Translations under genes and position numbers: made by a program
Shown: one piece after another, positions 1-12,121 of the stretch
How the letters are laid out: every line of letters starts with the position of its first letter
How positions within the stretch are numbered: position 1 is the stretch's first letter
Notes under the pieces: model-generated
What the model was told of the DNA's origin: nothing
The model's input: the letters and a program-made list of their open reading frames with translations, nothing else
Database searches by the model: none
Origin: Mobula birostris
Lineage: Eukaryota
Direction of reading: 5' to 3'
NCBI RefSeq assembly: GCF_030028105.1
Contig: NC_092380.1
Span: forward strand, 20,051,144-20,115,143
Length of the DNA stretch: 64,000 nt

Positions 1-202
1 CATCAGAAATGGATGCGAGAATGTTCACCTAAATGATCCCAAGATAGCAAGTTTCCAATCTGTTTCCTATCAATAGCAACACATGGAGGCAATACATAAA
101 TACCACTAGAGAAAAAGGCCCTTTGACCCACTAATTCAACCCTGACTGTTTAATCTCCCCACATTTCCATCAACTCCCCCTAGATTCACCCACACACTAG
201 GG

Positions 203-283
203 CAAGGGTTCCCAACCAGGGGTCCTCAGACCCCTTGGGTTAATGCTAGGGGTCCATGGCATTAAAAAGATTGGGAACCCCTG
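203..283. mobile_element. hAT-type MITE
   Basis: Terminal inverted repeats CAAGGGTTCCCAA / TTGGGAACCCCTG, with CTAG in both flanks. Confidence 0.6.
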
Positions 284-1621
284 GTCTAGGGGAAATTTAC
301 TGTGACCAATTATTCCACCAATCCACACGCTGTCATATTCAGATATGGCGCAAGTGCAGTGAAAGAGAGAAACAAGTAGGTCAATAGTTCACTGACTTTA
401 AGGAGAACTGTTCTAGAATTTAAAGGAAAAGAGAAACAATAAACAGGGCCCATTAACTAAAACACTCAAACTGAAAGTTAAAACCAACACTGCAGCTGGA
501 ACCAATAACTAATACTAAATGACTACTACTCCTTGACGTTATCAGTCAAAATGGTGGTCCTCTTCTCTGGACAAGTATAAAAGTAAGCTGGACCATAGCT
601 CTCCATTACCCCTGCCATCCACGTACTTATCCAAAATAGAAAGTAGCAGGTTCCGACGAGATTTGAACTCAGATCGCTGCATTCAGAGCCCAGAGTGCTA
701 AACATTGCTTCACGGAACTACGTGGAGCTGTTGCGAAGAAAGTCGAGAGAAGATCTGCTGGAGGTGCAGAAGATCATGTTTGGTTCGGTGTGGATGGGGG
801 AAGCAGTTCCAATTAGTAAACGGTCCAAGGACCAGGGTTTGAAATGTTGGGCAATAAATATAAGGCAAATGTGAGAAAAATGATTTTACACGGGGAGAAG
901 TTATGATGTGAAACTCACTGCCTGTAGGGATGATGTGAAGGTAATTGCACATGGCTTTCATCGGGGATCTGGACGGGCACTTAGGGGTGTCAGGAAAGAC
1001 TGGGGCAATGGGACTGACGATGGGTGTCTTTGGAGAAAAGATGTACTAGAAGCAGCTATATACTCGGCTCATAATGATTCTGTGAAAAATGAAGCAAGCT
1101 GAGAGAAAAAAATACTATTTCTATACAAAATGCCATAATCTAGATGCATATTTACAAATTACTTTTCACAGCATAGAAACAGGCTCTTCAACCTACTGTA
1201 TCTATGCCAACCATCATCCTTTTCTACACTAATCGCACTTTCCTCCGTTCATTCCATATCCCTCTATGCCCTGCTTGTTCATATCTTCACCTGATGGGGA
1301 GTTGGTAAACCTTAGAATCAGTTACAGAGGCTTGCACTTACAGTTCGTCTTTATAGTTACGGGTTTTCAGTTTCATTAGCTGTCAGTTACACCTTCAAAC
1401 AATTCCTATGTGTCAAGTCATCCTACTAACCACTGAAGTTAGAGAATTGGGCACCGAAACCGACTGAATTCACCACGATGTTTGGGTAAGGAACGGTTCT
1501 AGTGTAAGAAAGAGTGTGCAAACATCCATGAATATATTTTTGATTTTAGTGCTTTTCAGTGGCAGTAATCCTGTCGGAGAGTTTAGCTGATGGACAGACT
1601 CTTTACTAAACTTGACCCCTG

Positions 1622-2023
1622 TCTTACAAACTTGAGAACATCTGCAGATGCTGGAAGTCCAAAGCAAAGCACGCAAAATGCCAAAGGAACTCAGCAGGCC
1701 AGGCAGTATCTCTGGAAAAGAGTAAACAGTCGACGTTTGGGCTGAGACCCTTCATCAGGACAGGAAGGGAAGGGGAGAGGTCAGAGTCAGAAGGTGGGGG
1801 GAGGGGAGGAAGAAGTACAAGGTGGTAGGTGACAGGTGAAAACTGGGCAAGGGGGAGGGCTGGAAAAGGGGGAATATGATAGAAGAGGGTAGAAGACCAT
1901 GGAAGAAAGGGAAGGGGAGGAGCACCAGAGGGAGGTGATGGGCAGGTAAGGAGATAAGGTGAAAGAGGAGGGTGGCAGGGGCAATTACCATAAGTTCGAG
2001 AAATCAATGTTCATGCTATCAGG
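1622..2023 (-). mobile_element. Penelope-like element 3' end / terminal repeat
   Basis: The minus strand encodes PDSMNIDFSNLW*, resembling the Penelope ORF C-terminus, followed by the recurrent CTGATGAAGGGTCTC...AAACGTCGAC and GCTGCCTGGCCTGCTGAGTTCC motifs. Confidence 0.7.
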
Positions 2024-2189
2024 ACAGAGTCTGTCTTATAATCACTGCTAAAGGTCTGTCTCAGGGATTGAAATGTTTGACATCTTTCAAGCTATAACAG
2101 ATTTCATCTCTTTTTATATAAACCATCCCAAACCACAGATGAATTCCAAATTGTTCTTCAATCTTTGGTGAAACAGAGTCACCTTTTTT

Positions 2190-2530
2190 TTTCCTTATTA
2201 GGGAGAAAGAGAGCCTGTGGTATGTCGAATACTGGGTGAACAAGTAGTCTTTGGGGTACTGCAAGTCTGTGTCTTTATTGATGCTTTGCTGCATGCTTGA
2301 GTGCTTGGTGGAGGGCGCCGATGCTTCTTTTGCTGCTGAGGGAGGGCAGGATTGTTGGTTTGCTGCTGCTTATGCGTGGGAGGGGGAGCTGGGGAGGACT
2401 TTGGGGTTCTAACATTTAACTGTCATTCATTCTTTGGGGCACTCCTCTGTTTTCGTGGATGGGTTGTGAAGAAAAAAAATTTCAGTATGTATATTGTATA
2501 CATTTCTCAGACATTAAATGTACCCTTGAA
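2190..2530 (+). mobile_element. Non-autonomous retroelement 3' portion
   Basis: Near-identical inverted copy at about 47360-47870 (GGGGTACTGCAAGTCTGTGTCTTTATTGATGC). Confidence 0.55.
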
Positions 2531-3186
2531 AAACTTTTTATCCAGAGAGACCCATCCAAAGCCATTGATTACAAAGCAGTCTGAGATAGCTATTGTTTTA
2601 TGCTATACAAATTATCCAAGTCACTCTTGTAGATGAAGCCTTGTAATATTCCCATTCTGTCAGTCACTCATCAAGCACCAGTTTGTAGCTCACTCATTGG
2701 TGGTCATTCTAGACTTAATTGGAAGAGAGAATCTCACATACAGGTTTCACACATACTCCACATGCACTGCAATTGCTCAGTTACCTTTGGCATTTACATT
2801 ATAAGAATACTGACTAACCAAATGAATACATAGACAGAGAGGGGATGAGGGAACTGGGACACTGATGAATAAGAGGACGACATCAAGTGACGTTGGGACA
2901 GGAGTCAGCAGAGAGTTCACTAGCAAGAAGGGTCACTAAAGTGAGTGAAACCAATGTTACATCACATACGTTCAGAGCCAGATAGAAAAAGTAATAAAAA
3001 GGGTAAATGTTAAAGATTATTTTTCTAAACTCTCCTAAGATTTTTCATAACCCAAGATTCCACACTTCTCCAGCAAGAGAAATTGAATGGCAGTCATTAG
3101 CAGTCACCATTGTGTGGAAATGTATTTATACTATTAATTATTAGTCATATTTTTCTATGTCCAATTTAATGAGTAACTAAACAAAG

Positions 3187-3470
3187 GTGACACAGTAGCG
3201 TAGTGGTTAGGGCATCACTTTACAGCACCGGCAATACCACTCAGGGTTCAAATTCCACCACCGTCTGTAAGGAGTTTGTACGTTCTCCCCGTGACCGTGT
3301 GGGTTTCCTCCGAGTGCTCCGGTCTCTTCCCACATTCCAAAGATGTATGGTTAGGCTTAGCGAGTTGTGGGCATGCTATCTTGGCACCAGAAGCATGGCC
3401 AACACTTGCACAACCCTCCCTGACGTGATTTGATGCAAGTGACACGTTTCACTGTGTGTTTCAATATACA
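3187..3470 (+). mobile_element. tRNA-derived V-SINE (HE1-like)
   Basis: A/B-box-like head plus the core GTAAGGAGTTTGTACGTTCTCCCCGTGACC..GGGTTTCCTCC. Other copies at about 31300-31515(-), 32540-32790(-), 35190-35420(+), 53130-53400(-), 57030-57230(-), 61148-61320(+). Confidence 0.8.
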
Positions 3471-6149
3471 CATGACAAGTAAAGCCAATCTTTATCTATT
3501 TAATGTACAATCCAGCAAGTTCTTAAAAGTGTTGATTAAGCTTGAGGTGAGAGATTAACGTGAAGTTTGAAATGTCCAGAAGTCAATGGTGACTGACAAT
3601 TCACAAGGTTTTGCTCCCTCAACTCAAGGTACTGGCTGAGTGGCTCGTTAGTAACTACCAGAGTCTGGTCATTATCAGTTAGTTTTACAGCAAAATCTGA
3701 TTTGAAACATTCTAGTTAAAGTCCTTGGGACAGTACACTAGTAAAGAATGGATTCCCGGGTATTGTTAACTTAGATTTTGTTTTCACTGATTTTGCTTTC
3801 AACACGTTTTAGCCCAAATTATTCACACTCCAACTGCAAACCGCCCTAGGATATTCCCCGAGTCTATTTGCAAACTTTTAACAATCACAAACCATTGGGC
3901 TATTCTGGTATACAAGATTTATTTAAAGCCCAGTTACCTTACAACGTGGGCACAGAAATGAAATCCGTTGAAACGGTTCATAACCACTACAGTGCAACGC
4001 GATGGTTGTGCTCGTAAGAAATCGCGCGTTACAATTGTGTACATGGGAAACGGGCGAGAGGGGAGGCTAGGGACTAGGGTTTCAGACACGCAATAACTAG
4101 ATTATCTGATAGCTACAAATGTACTTTGCTACTGCTTTTTTAAACTAAAAGTGTAGTTACTTTGTTTAATCCTAGTGCAAGTACCAATACTAGAAGCCAT
4201 TGCTTGTCAATTTCCACTGGCCTCCCGCACTGACACCGGCAGCAACCACTTCTCGGAGCTGATTCAACAATCTACAACTTCCAATGACTCTTTACAATTC
4301 ATGTTCTCGGTACAATATTATCTTTTTATTTGCAGTTTGCCTTCTCTTGCACATTGTCAGCCTTTGTTTCCGCCTGACCCGCTGAGTTCCCCCAGCACTG
4401 TGTGTGCGTGCGTGTGTTATTCTGGATGTCCAGCATCCGCAGAATCTCGTGTGTTTATGATTTGTCTGTTTATGTGTAGTTTTTCGTAAATTCTATTATA
4501 TTTCTTTTTTTCCCTGTAAATGCCTGGAAGAAAATGATTCTCAGGGTAGTATATAGTAATGATAATACAATTACTTTGAACTTTGAACTGTGTTTTTAAG
4601 AGACAACGGTTTCTGATTGCCGCTCGGTGAGGATGTTATATCGAAACGGTTTTTTTTAAACACTTTTTTTTTCCCTCCAAGACTACTTTTTTTACTGGTA
4701 GTCAATTTCCAAAGCAACCCTAATTCCTGATCGAAATCTGATTATCACAATTCGGCCCCGTAATACAAATTATTGATTTGTTTTCGTCAATCGCGTTACA
4801 TCCAATTCACCTCATTGGAGCAAGCGTTGTAACAGAACGGTTTGAATTTGAAATTCATCAGCAGCCCCCGTGTATCTACATTTAAACATATATTTGCCGC
4901 TAATTGTACAAGATGGACACAAAGCCATGTCTGAACCCCCACAAACAATATTCTCAATACGGTGAAGGATAAATTTAGTCTCTATTGCAACTGTGATATC
5001 CGGAGTTATACTACCACAGAAAAACAAGCTCAATTTCAATACCGAAGTCTGTAGCTTCACATGTGCGACAGAATATTGTGGATTTGCCTTTTGGCATACA
5101 TCTGCCGAGTTGTACCGACGCTTCGATTTATATCACCTGTGATTCTGATACTTCAACGAAACTTTAAACGGTTCAGATACTTGAGTTCAAAGTAAAGTTA
5201 TTATCAAATACATATATGTCACCATGTACCACCCTAAGATTCGTTTTCATACTCAATAAATCCAATAACCACAATAGAATCAATGAAAGACCGCACCATC
5301 AGGGCAGACAACTAGTGTGCAAAAGACAGCAAACTGCAAATACGAAAGAAAAAATAAATAAGAAATTATATATATAAAACTGCACCCAATACCTGTAGAA
5401 TTCCTACAGTGTCTGATGAAGCATTGGCGTATATAATCACACTATCTGTTAACAACCAAGATGAAGGACAGCCACCATTATCAAAACAAACGGAGGCATT
5501 TTCCAGTGCGGCTCTCAAAGCCCACTGTGGTTTTGTCCAGCTTTAAACCCGCTCTCTAATTTAGGGTATCAAATTAGAAACAGCCACACGAATTATGCCT
5601 TGACACACCTTCTATACATAAACAAAGTTGAAATTATACGCTCCTTATCAGTAAAGCAAAATAAATTAATTCCAATAGTAGAACAATTTTCTAAAGATAT
5701 AAACGTGAACTTTGGACTGGAATAGTGCAGAACATTAAACATAAAGAAAGGTGCGATCGAGCTAGTAGGGTATAAGACAAAGCAGCAGGGTATAAAACTA
5801 CTGATGGATGAATATGAAACATAACAACAAATAAAGCAAATACATCATAGGAGGATAAAGAGAAGATGTTCAACAGAATTTACTTCAAGGCTTAAGAAAA
5901 TCTGCGAAACAGACTCAATGGTAAAAATATAACAAAGGCAAAAATGCACTTTCACTATACCCATATAAAGGTATTCTTTTGGAATAATATCTTGGTCCAA
6001 AACCAATCCGGAAAATTTACAAACCAAAATAAGAACTGAAATGACAAATTTTAGAAAACACTATGTACACTTGAGCACACTTAGATTAACACTACCCAGA
6101 GGAAGATGAATAACAGATATTTTAAAAAATTACACAACAGTCAGGAGAT

Positions 6150-6600
6150 TTACAAGGGTGTTGTCTGGATTGTGGAGCATGCCTTATGAGAATAGGTTGA
6201 GTGAACTTGGCCTTTTCTCCTTGGAGCGACAGAGGATGAGAGGTGACCTGATAGAGGTGTACAAGATGATGACAGACATTGATTGTGTGGATAGTCAGAG
6301 GCTTGTTCCCAGGGCTGAAATGGCTAGCACGAGAGGGCAGTTTTAAGGTGCTTGGAAGTAGGTACAGAGGAGATATCAGGGGTAAGTTTTTTACACAGAG
6401 GGTGGTCAGTGTGTGGAATGGGCTGCCAGCGATGGTGGTGGAGGTGGATACGATAGGGTCTTTTAAGAGACTCCTGGACAGGTATATGGAGCTCAAAAAA
6501 TAGAGGGCTATGGGTAACCCTGGGTAGTTTTTCGGGTAAGGACATGTTTGGCACAGCTTTGTGGGCCAAAGGGCCTGTACTGTGCTGTAGGTTTTCTATT
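6150..6600 (+). mobile_element. CR1 LINE 3' fragment
   Basis: [26 protein letters not shown]...KFFTQRVVSVWNGLP is the CR1 ORF2 C-terminus; simple-repeat tail. Confidence 0.85.
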
Positions 6601-6679
6601 TTTCTATGTTTCTATGTCAGATAAACTTCTAAGGATATACTTTTATGAAAAAAAACAGGATTCAGCATTCCATTTGGGC

Positions 6680-7056
6680 AAACAACTTACTTAATAGACA
6701 TGGCCATTTCAAACACACATAACGTACAGAAATCAGTTAGTGAAAAACACCAGAAATATGCAGAATTAAAAGAGGAAATTGAAAGACTTTGGAACATGAA
6801 CAGGGTATACATTGTCCCAATAGTAACATCTACAACTGGTATCATCCCAAAGACACTACACAATATTATTAAACAATTAGGCCTGCACAGCAATATTTAT
6901 GTAAATCTTCAGAAGCCGCAATACTAAACACCACTGGAATAGTCCAAGAGTTCCTAGCAATTGAAAAACGAGTGTGCTTGGCTGTGCCTGTACTTAAGGT
7001 TTTACCAGCTTGAGCTGGGAAAAAATAAGTGATAATAATAATAATAATAAGTAATG
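6680..7056 (+). mobile_element. R4/Dong-like (restriction-like endonuclease) non-LTR element 3' end
   Basis: LIDMAISNTHN...EKHQKYAELKEEIERLW..VYIVPIVTSTTGIIPKTL...LQK, then after a frameshift AILNTTGIVQEFL. Ends in (TAA)n. Confidence 0.7.
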
Positions 7057-8381
7057 AATATTGCGAACATGAGATGAAGAGTCCTTGAAAGTGAGTCCAT
7101 TGGTTGTAGGAACAATTCAATGATGGGGCAAGTGAAGTTGAGTGAAGTTATCCCCTCTGGTTCAGATCTGGGCTTTTCCCACAATCTGTGGACTCACTTT
7201 TAACAACTCTTCATCTCATGTTTTTGATATTTATTTCTTATTTGTTTATTTTATTCTGCATTTGTACAGTTTTGTTGTCTTTTGAACACAGGCTGTTTTG
7301 TCTATCTTGTTACGTGCAGTCTTTATTGTGTTTCTTGGATTTACTGTGTATGCCCACAAGAAAACAAACGTCAGCACTGTATGTGCTAAATTATATGCTC
7401 TTTGATTATAATTTTACTTCGAACTTTGTATTTATACCATCTGTAATTGTACTGAAAAAAAACATTACAGGAAGTGAAGAAGCTGGAAAGCTGAAATAAA
7501 AGGGTCTGTGGTGCAGCTCCATGTACTATATGGGGTATTTCTCACTGTATGATTATATTTCACTATGCAACATGTAACCCTCAAACACCAGCTGACTAGG
7601 TAGCTTGCTTGTTACTACCAACTTATGAAAGCTTATTGCAGATGAGAACTTCCATTGCAAAACTTAATACAGGGACATTTACTGTATTTCTGCACAGTTT
7701 CTTTGTGTGGGGTTCAAAGCTGCCTACATTAAGTGAGTTTCGACTTCTGTTGAAATTGCAAGGCAGTTTCACAGACTGGGAGCAGAAACAGAAACCCTGA
7801 GAAATCGCTCAGCAGGTTTTGATGAGGGTAACATTTCAGGTTGATCTTCCATCAGAACAAGGAAAGGCTGGAAAGCAGGCAGTGGCAATGGATTTAATTT
7901 TTGATTAAAGGAAAGTGAATGGTGGTCTGCCCCAGGGATCACTTCTTTATTCCATACAATGATCTTGCCTTCAGAGGGTGGGCTTCAAGCCACAGCTTCC
8001 ATGTCTGTACAGGACACATATGCAGTGGAAGATGAACAGGTTGGTGGAATGGGCAGAAGAGTGGCAGATGAATTTTAACATGGGAGAATGTAGAATGATC
8101 CAATTTGTATAGGATAAGGAGGAGAGAGAACCTAGAACTTGATTCTGAAAGGAGTGCAGGAGCTGATGGAGTGAGGACCTTGGATGCACAGATCATTGAA
8201 AGTGGCAGGGCAGAGCGGGAAGGCAGTTGATAAGGTAAAGGTGATCCTTTCTCACCGTGGGTGTAGGGTAGAAAAGCAAGGATGCCATGCTGAACCTTTT
8301 CATAAAATGCTTGTTCAGCCTCAGCTGTGGTATAGCATTCATTTCCAAGAAACAGCAAGAGAAGTGGGGGGGGGGGAGGGG

Positions 8382-8589
8382 NNNNNNNNNNNNNNNNNNN
8401 NNNNNNNNNNNNNNNNNNNNNNNNNNNNNNNNNNNNNNNNNNNNNNNNNNNNNNNNNNNNNNNNNNNNNNNNNNNNNNNNNNNNNNNNNNNNNNNNNNNN
8501 NNNNNNNNNNNNNNNNNNNNNNNNNNNNNNNNNNNNNNNNNNNNNNNNNNNNNNNNNNNNNNNNNNNNNNNNNNNNNNNNNNNNNNNNN
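8382..8589. other. Assembly gap within G/GA-rich low-complexity sequence
   Basis: Run of N flanked by poly-G and (GA)n. Confidence 0.99.
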
Positions 8590-10002
8590 AGAGGGGAGAG
8601 AGAGGGAAAGAGAGAGGAAATAGAGGGAGATAGAGAGGAGACAGAGGGAGGGAGAGAGAGAGAGAAATGGAGAGAGATAGAGATATTAACAAGAATAGTT
8701 CCTGAGATGAGGGATTTCAGTGAGAGGGGCCTGGGTTGCTTGCTTTGGTAGGAAGATCTGTAATACGATGATGGGGCTCCCCTCTGTGAACTCTCTCAAC
8801 ACTTCCTACTGCCTCTCTAAAGCAGCAGGCATAATCGAAGACCTCATCCACCTGGACATTCTGTCTTCTGCCCAGCGATTGCCTTTAGGTGTGTGTTTAA
8901 GTTGGAGAGGGGAGTGAGGGTGGCAGGAACTAACACCAGTAACTGAGCGACACAGTTTGGTGTTGGCTGGGGGAGGGTTTAGGTGGTAGCTAATCTGTCT
9001 GAACAAGAATCTGTTGGGGGCTATAAGTAAGACAAGGGTGAGAACAGATACAAAACCCTGCAGTTGCTGGAATTTGCAGATAAAACAGAATGCTGGAAAA
9101 CCCCAAATAAGTCAGGCAGCAACTGTGGAGAGAGAAACTGGATCCACATTATAAGTTGGTGTTCCTACATCAGTTCCAACACAAATTGGAAAGGCTTGCT
9201 TTCTGATCACAAACAAGAGAAAATCTGCAGGTGCTGGAAATCCAAGCAACACACACAAAATGCTGGGGGATCTCAGCAGGCCAGGAAGCATTGAGGAAAG
9301 AGTACAGTCGACGTTTCGGGCTGAGACCCTTCGGCTGTCCTGCCTGGCCTACTGAGTTCCTCCAGCATTTTGTGTGTGCCTAGCTAGCTTTCTGAAATTG
9401 TTTAGCCCAAAGGAACTGCCTGTTAGGAAGAGTGAGAGTGAGATGGAGATTGAGAATGACACAGCCACCTTTCTTACCAGTCTCCATCTCCTACCTTCAC
9501 ATGCACCTCCTCTAGAGCGATCATCCATCTGAACTGCTAGTTCACTCATGTTCTTTCTCCACTGACGCTGTCCGACCTGAAGTTTGTTTTTGCTTTTCCT
9601 AGACGTGAACTTGGCGCTTAAACAATAACTACTGATTTTAACTTGATTTCAGAGCAACGAGATGTTCTGGTCTGCGCTGAAGGATTTGTTCTCCTGCCGG
9701 GAAACTTCTCACACTAGTGTCTCCAGTTACTTCCCTACATCGGCCACGGAGCACTTTCACCCCAGGGCCGTGACAGGCACTATGTAAATGCAAATCATTC
9801 CGTACGAACGGAGAGAGAAGCTTAGGTGACCTGCTTTTAGTAAATGCCTCGCTCCAGTTTAACTTACAGATACAATTCCGGCGAGCAGGACGCTTTGATA
9901 CCGTTTCCCCTTCTCTCCCGTACTGACCCCAGCAGCTTTGGGAACAGGGATTGGGACGGCGGGGGTGGGGTGGTTGGTGGGTGTTGGGAGTTGTTTTCAT
10001 AC

Positions 10003-10341
10003 CTGTCACGGCCAGCGCAGTCCCAGTACCGAATTTCATCTCGCCCCCGGTCCGGGCTGCGCAATAATACACCCCGGCGTCCGAAACACTGATATTCGCA
10101 ATCCTTAGTCGGGAGCAGTGGGTTCTGCGGTCAAAGGAGGGAGTAAAATTATGGCCGTATCCGTTAAAGTAGCTGGCGGGGCCGCCAGAGGCGCGGTGGA
10201 AGAGGATGGTAGTGGGTCCTTGACCGGGACGTTGCATAAACCAGTACCGTAGATCGGATGTTTCCTGCAGTCGGCATTCCACCGTTACCGCGTCTCCGGC
10301 GTGCACGGAGCTCCATAATATTTCCGCAGAGCTAGGAAGAT
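10003..10341 (-). CDS. Gene 1 exon 2: Ig V domain with germline-joined J-like segment
   Basis: Acceptor (tttttctcggtcggatgcag|) and donor (ACAG|GTATGA) give a 339-bp phase 1-1 exon. Translation LPSSAEILWSSVHAGDAVTVEC...YWFMQRPGQGP...LRIANISVSDAGVYYCAARTGGEMKFGTGTALAVT shows the canonical C, W, DxxxYYC and FGxGT motifs. Confidence 0.93.
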
Positions 10342-10885
10342 CTGCATCCGACCGAGAAAAAGATCTGTCAGTGTACAGGAAAGTCTAAAATCTACCCCAA
10401 ACACCGTGGATTTGGCCAAGCTGCGTTAGAAGTTCATGACATTCAGGATTTGTTCAAAGACCTGTGGACCACTCCCGCTTCGGTGCCACGGCACGGATAT
10501 ACAACCGTGCCAAGTGAGTGGAGTCAGGGACGAGGAGAATCGAGGGGTCGGTACTGTCGTTCCACGGACGGTCACAGTGCAAAGGGTCCCTGGAGGTGAG
10601 CGCGCGTGGAACTGGCGAGAGGGGGAGGAATCAAAGGAATGGGTGGCCGAGTGCATCGATCCGGCCAACCATCCGCATGGGCCGGGATCCGAGATGCAGC
10701 GATGGGGTCAGAGGTCCAGAAGGGTGAAGGGTTGTCTGTATCCAAGGAATTGTGGTGAGGTGGATGCGTCGATACAAGGAAGGCAGGGTCTAGGAACCAA
10801 GGCGGGGGGGGGGGGGGGGCGGCGTGGTCCAGAGGCTGGTGAAGGGTCGCCTACATTCTTGCCAGGTAAAAGCGCGGCTACTCAC

Positions 10886-10928
10886 AAATGGTCCACACCA
10901 GCACGATCCACGTCAGCCGGAGCTTCAT
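10886..10928 (-). CDS. Gene 1 exon 1: signal peptide (MKLRLTWIVLVWTI + 1 nt)
   Basis: ATG at 10928, then hydrophobic codons, then a phase-1 donor T|GTGAGT. It splices in frame to the V exon at 10341 (T+AT = Tyr). Not in the ORF track. Confidence 0.85.
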
Positions 10929-11039
10929 GCCACCCGTATATTGAATGATTTATCGATAAACACTCGCCCTCTGACCACTGGCTGTGTCAGTTTGTGGTTT
11001 TGTTTACCGTTTCCACCGCATCTAACAGTCAGAGGAGGA

Positions 11040-11400
11040 CCGACGCTGACTTGTGAGCCTGGCGACGAGCCATAGGCGGTCGCCCGGCAGGGCTGAGGTA
11101 ATGAGATCCGGCTGGGTTACGCTTCGGAAGTTAGCGCTGCGAAACTTAAAGGTAAGTGAAAATCGAAGGTTTCGACTCAGGTGGTGAGAGTAACCGAGCT
11201 GTTGCTTCCGGGCGGAGTCGCGCTGCGCGACGGTGGAAATAGTGAAGCTGTTCTGCAGCTCAGAGATCAATATCTTACAGCTTCACTCAAAGTGGCAGGA
11301 AGTGCCAGGCCCTCCCGTCTCAAACCGCCGTAAGGTCGGGCCGCGGGTACCTACATTTCCAACCGCCGAGTCAATTTGCCGCTGCTGGCGGCGCAGATAT
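11040..11400. promoter_or_regulatory. CpG-rich promoter-like region upstream of gene 1
   Basis: Visibly high CpG density. Overlapping ETS/GC-box motif CTTCCGGGCGG at 11205-11215; RUNX-type TGTGGT nearby at 10993-10998. Confidence 0.5.
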
Positions 11401-12090
11401 TCGAAATGTGACAAGGAACACCCAACGGGTCAGTCAGCATCTGCGGAAAAAGACGCCGTTTGTGTTTCAGTTCTTACTATGTTTGACCTGAAACATCCAA
11501 TCGGTTTCTCTCTCCGCCGACGCTGCCAGCCCTGCTGAGTGCTGCCAGCCCTTTCTGTTGTTGTGACTGCAAATCAGAGATAGTTCGTGTGCAAAGCTGT
11601 TGTTGCGGTGGAGCAACTGTTCGGAGATGCTTCCTGGAGGACTGCGTCAAAAAATCGCTATAATTCAGCAAAGATTCAAAGAGAAGTTTGAAGACAACTT
11701 CGTGGTGGGGGCTCGGATCTCAAACAACCACGGGTCAGAGTACAATAAGGAGATAAAGAGCTCAATGTCATGTTGTCAAGTCAACATCCTCTCCCTCAAT
11801 GTCAGCAGATTATTAACTTCAGGATGTGGGGTAGGGTTCACACCCCTGTATGTACCAATGGTGCCACGGTGGAAATGGGTTGAGAGCTTCGGTTTGCAAA
11901 GGTGTAATTATTAAGATTTAGATTCATCCAAGTAAACAGTGAAATGCAACGTTTGTATTAACATTCAGCACAACCTAAGGATGTGCTGGGAGCAGCCCAC
12001 AAGTATCACATGCATTCCAGCACCAACAAATCATGCCCACAATGTTCAGCGGAAGAACAGCAAACCCTGCCCCTTTTGTCCGTCTCATCG

Positions 12091-12121
<31 letters not shown>

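Noticed and set aside
890-1090. Pro/Ser-rich minus-strand stretch (SPKTPIVSPIAPVFPDTPKC) before a GTGAGT donor, as a possible gene 1 hinge
   Set aside because: The strong acceptor leads to stops in all phases and the open frame needs a weak or wrong-phase acceptor.
4801-5160. Unique sequence with Ig-like fragments on + (IHQQP, TDASIYITC) and a TCR-TM-like phrase on - (LSFTVLRILFV)
   Set aside because: Many stops, no conserved Trp, motif spacing is off, and splice phases do not fit the gene 1 V exon. Likely chance.
7468-7512. CAGGAAGTG (ETS) and TGTGGT (RUNX) motifs close together
   Set aside because: Short motifs expected by chance, with no independent evidence for an enhancer.
9638-10002. 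C-terminal half of the 222-aa track ORF
   Set aside because: Read-through past the V-exon splice donor into the intron; no domain character.
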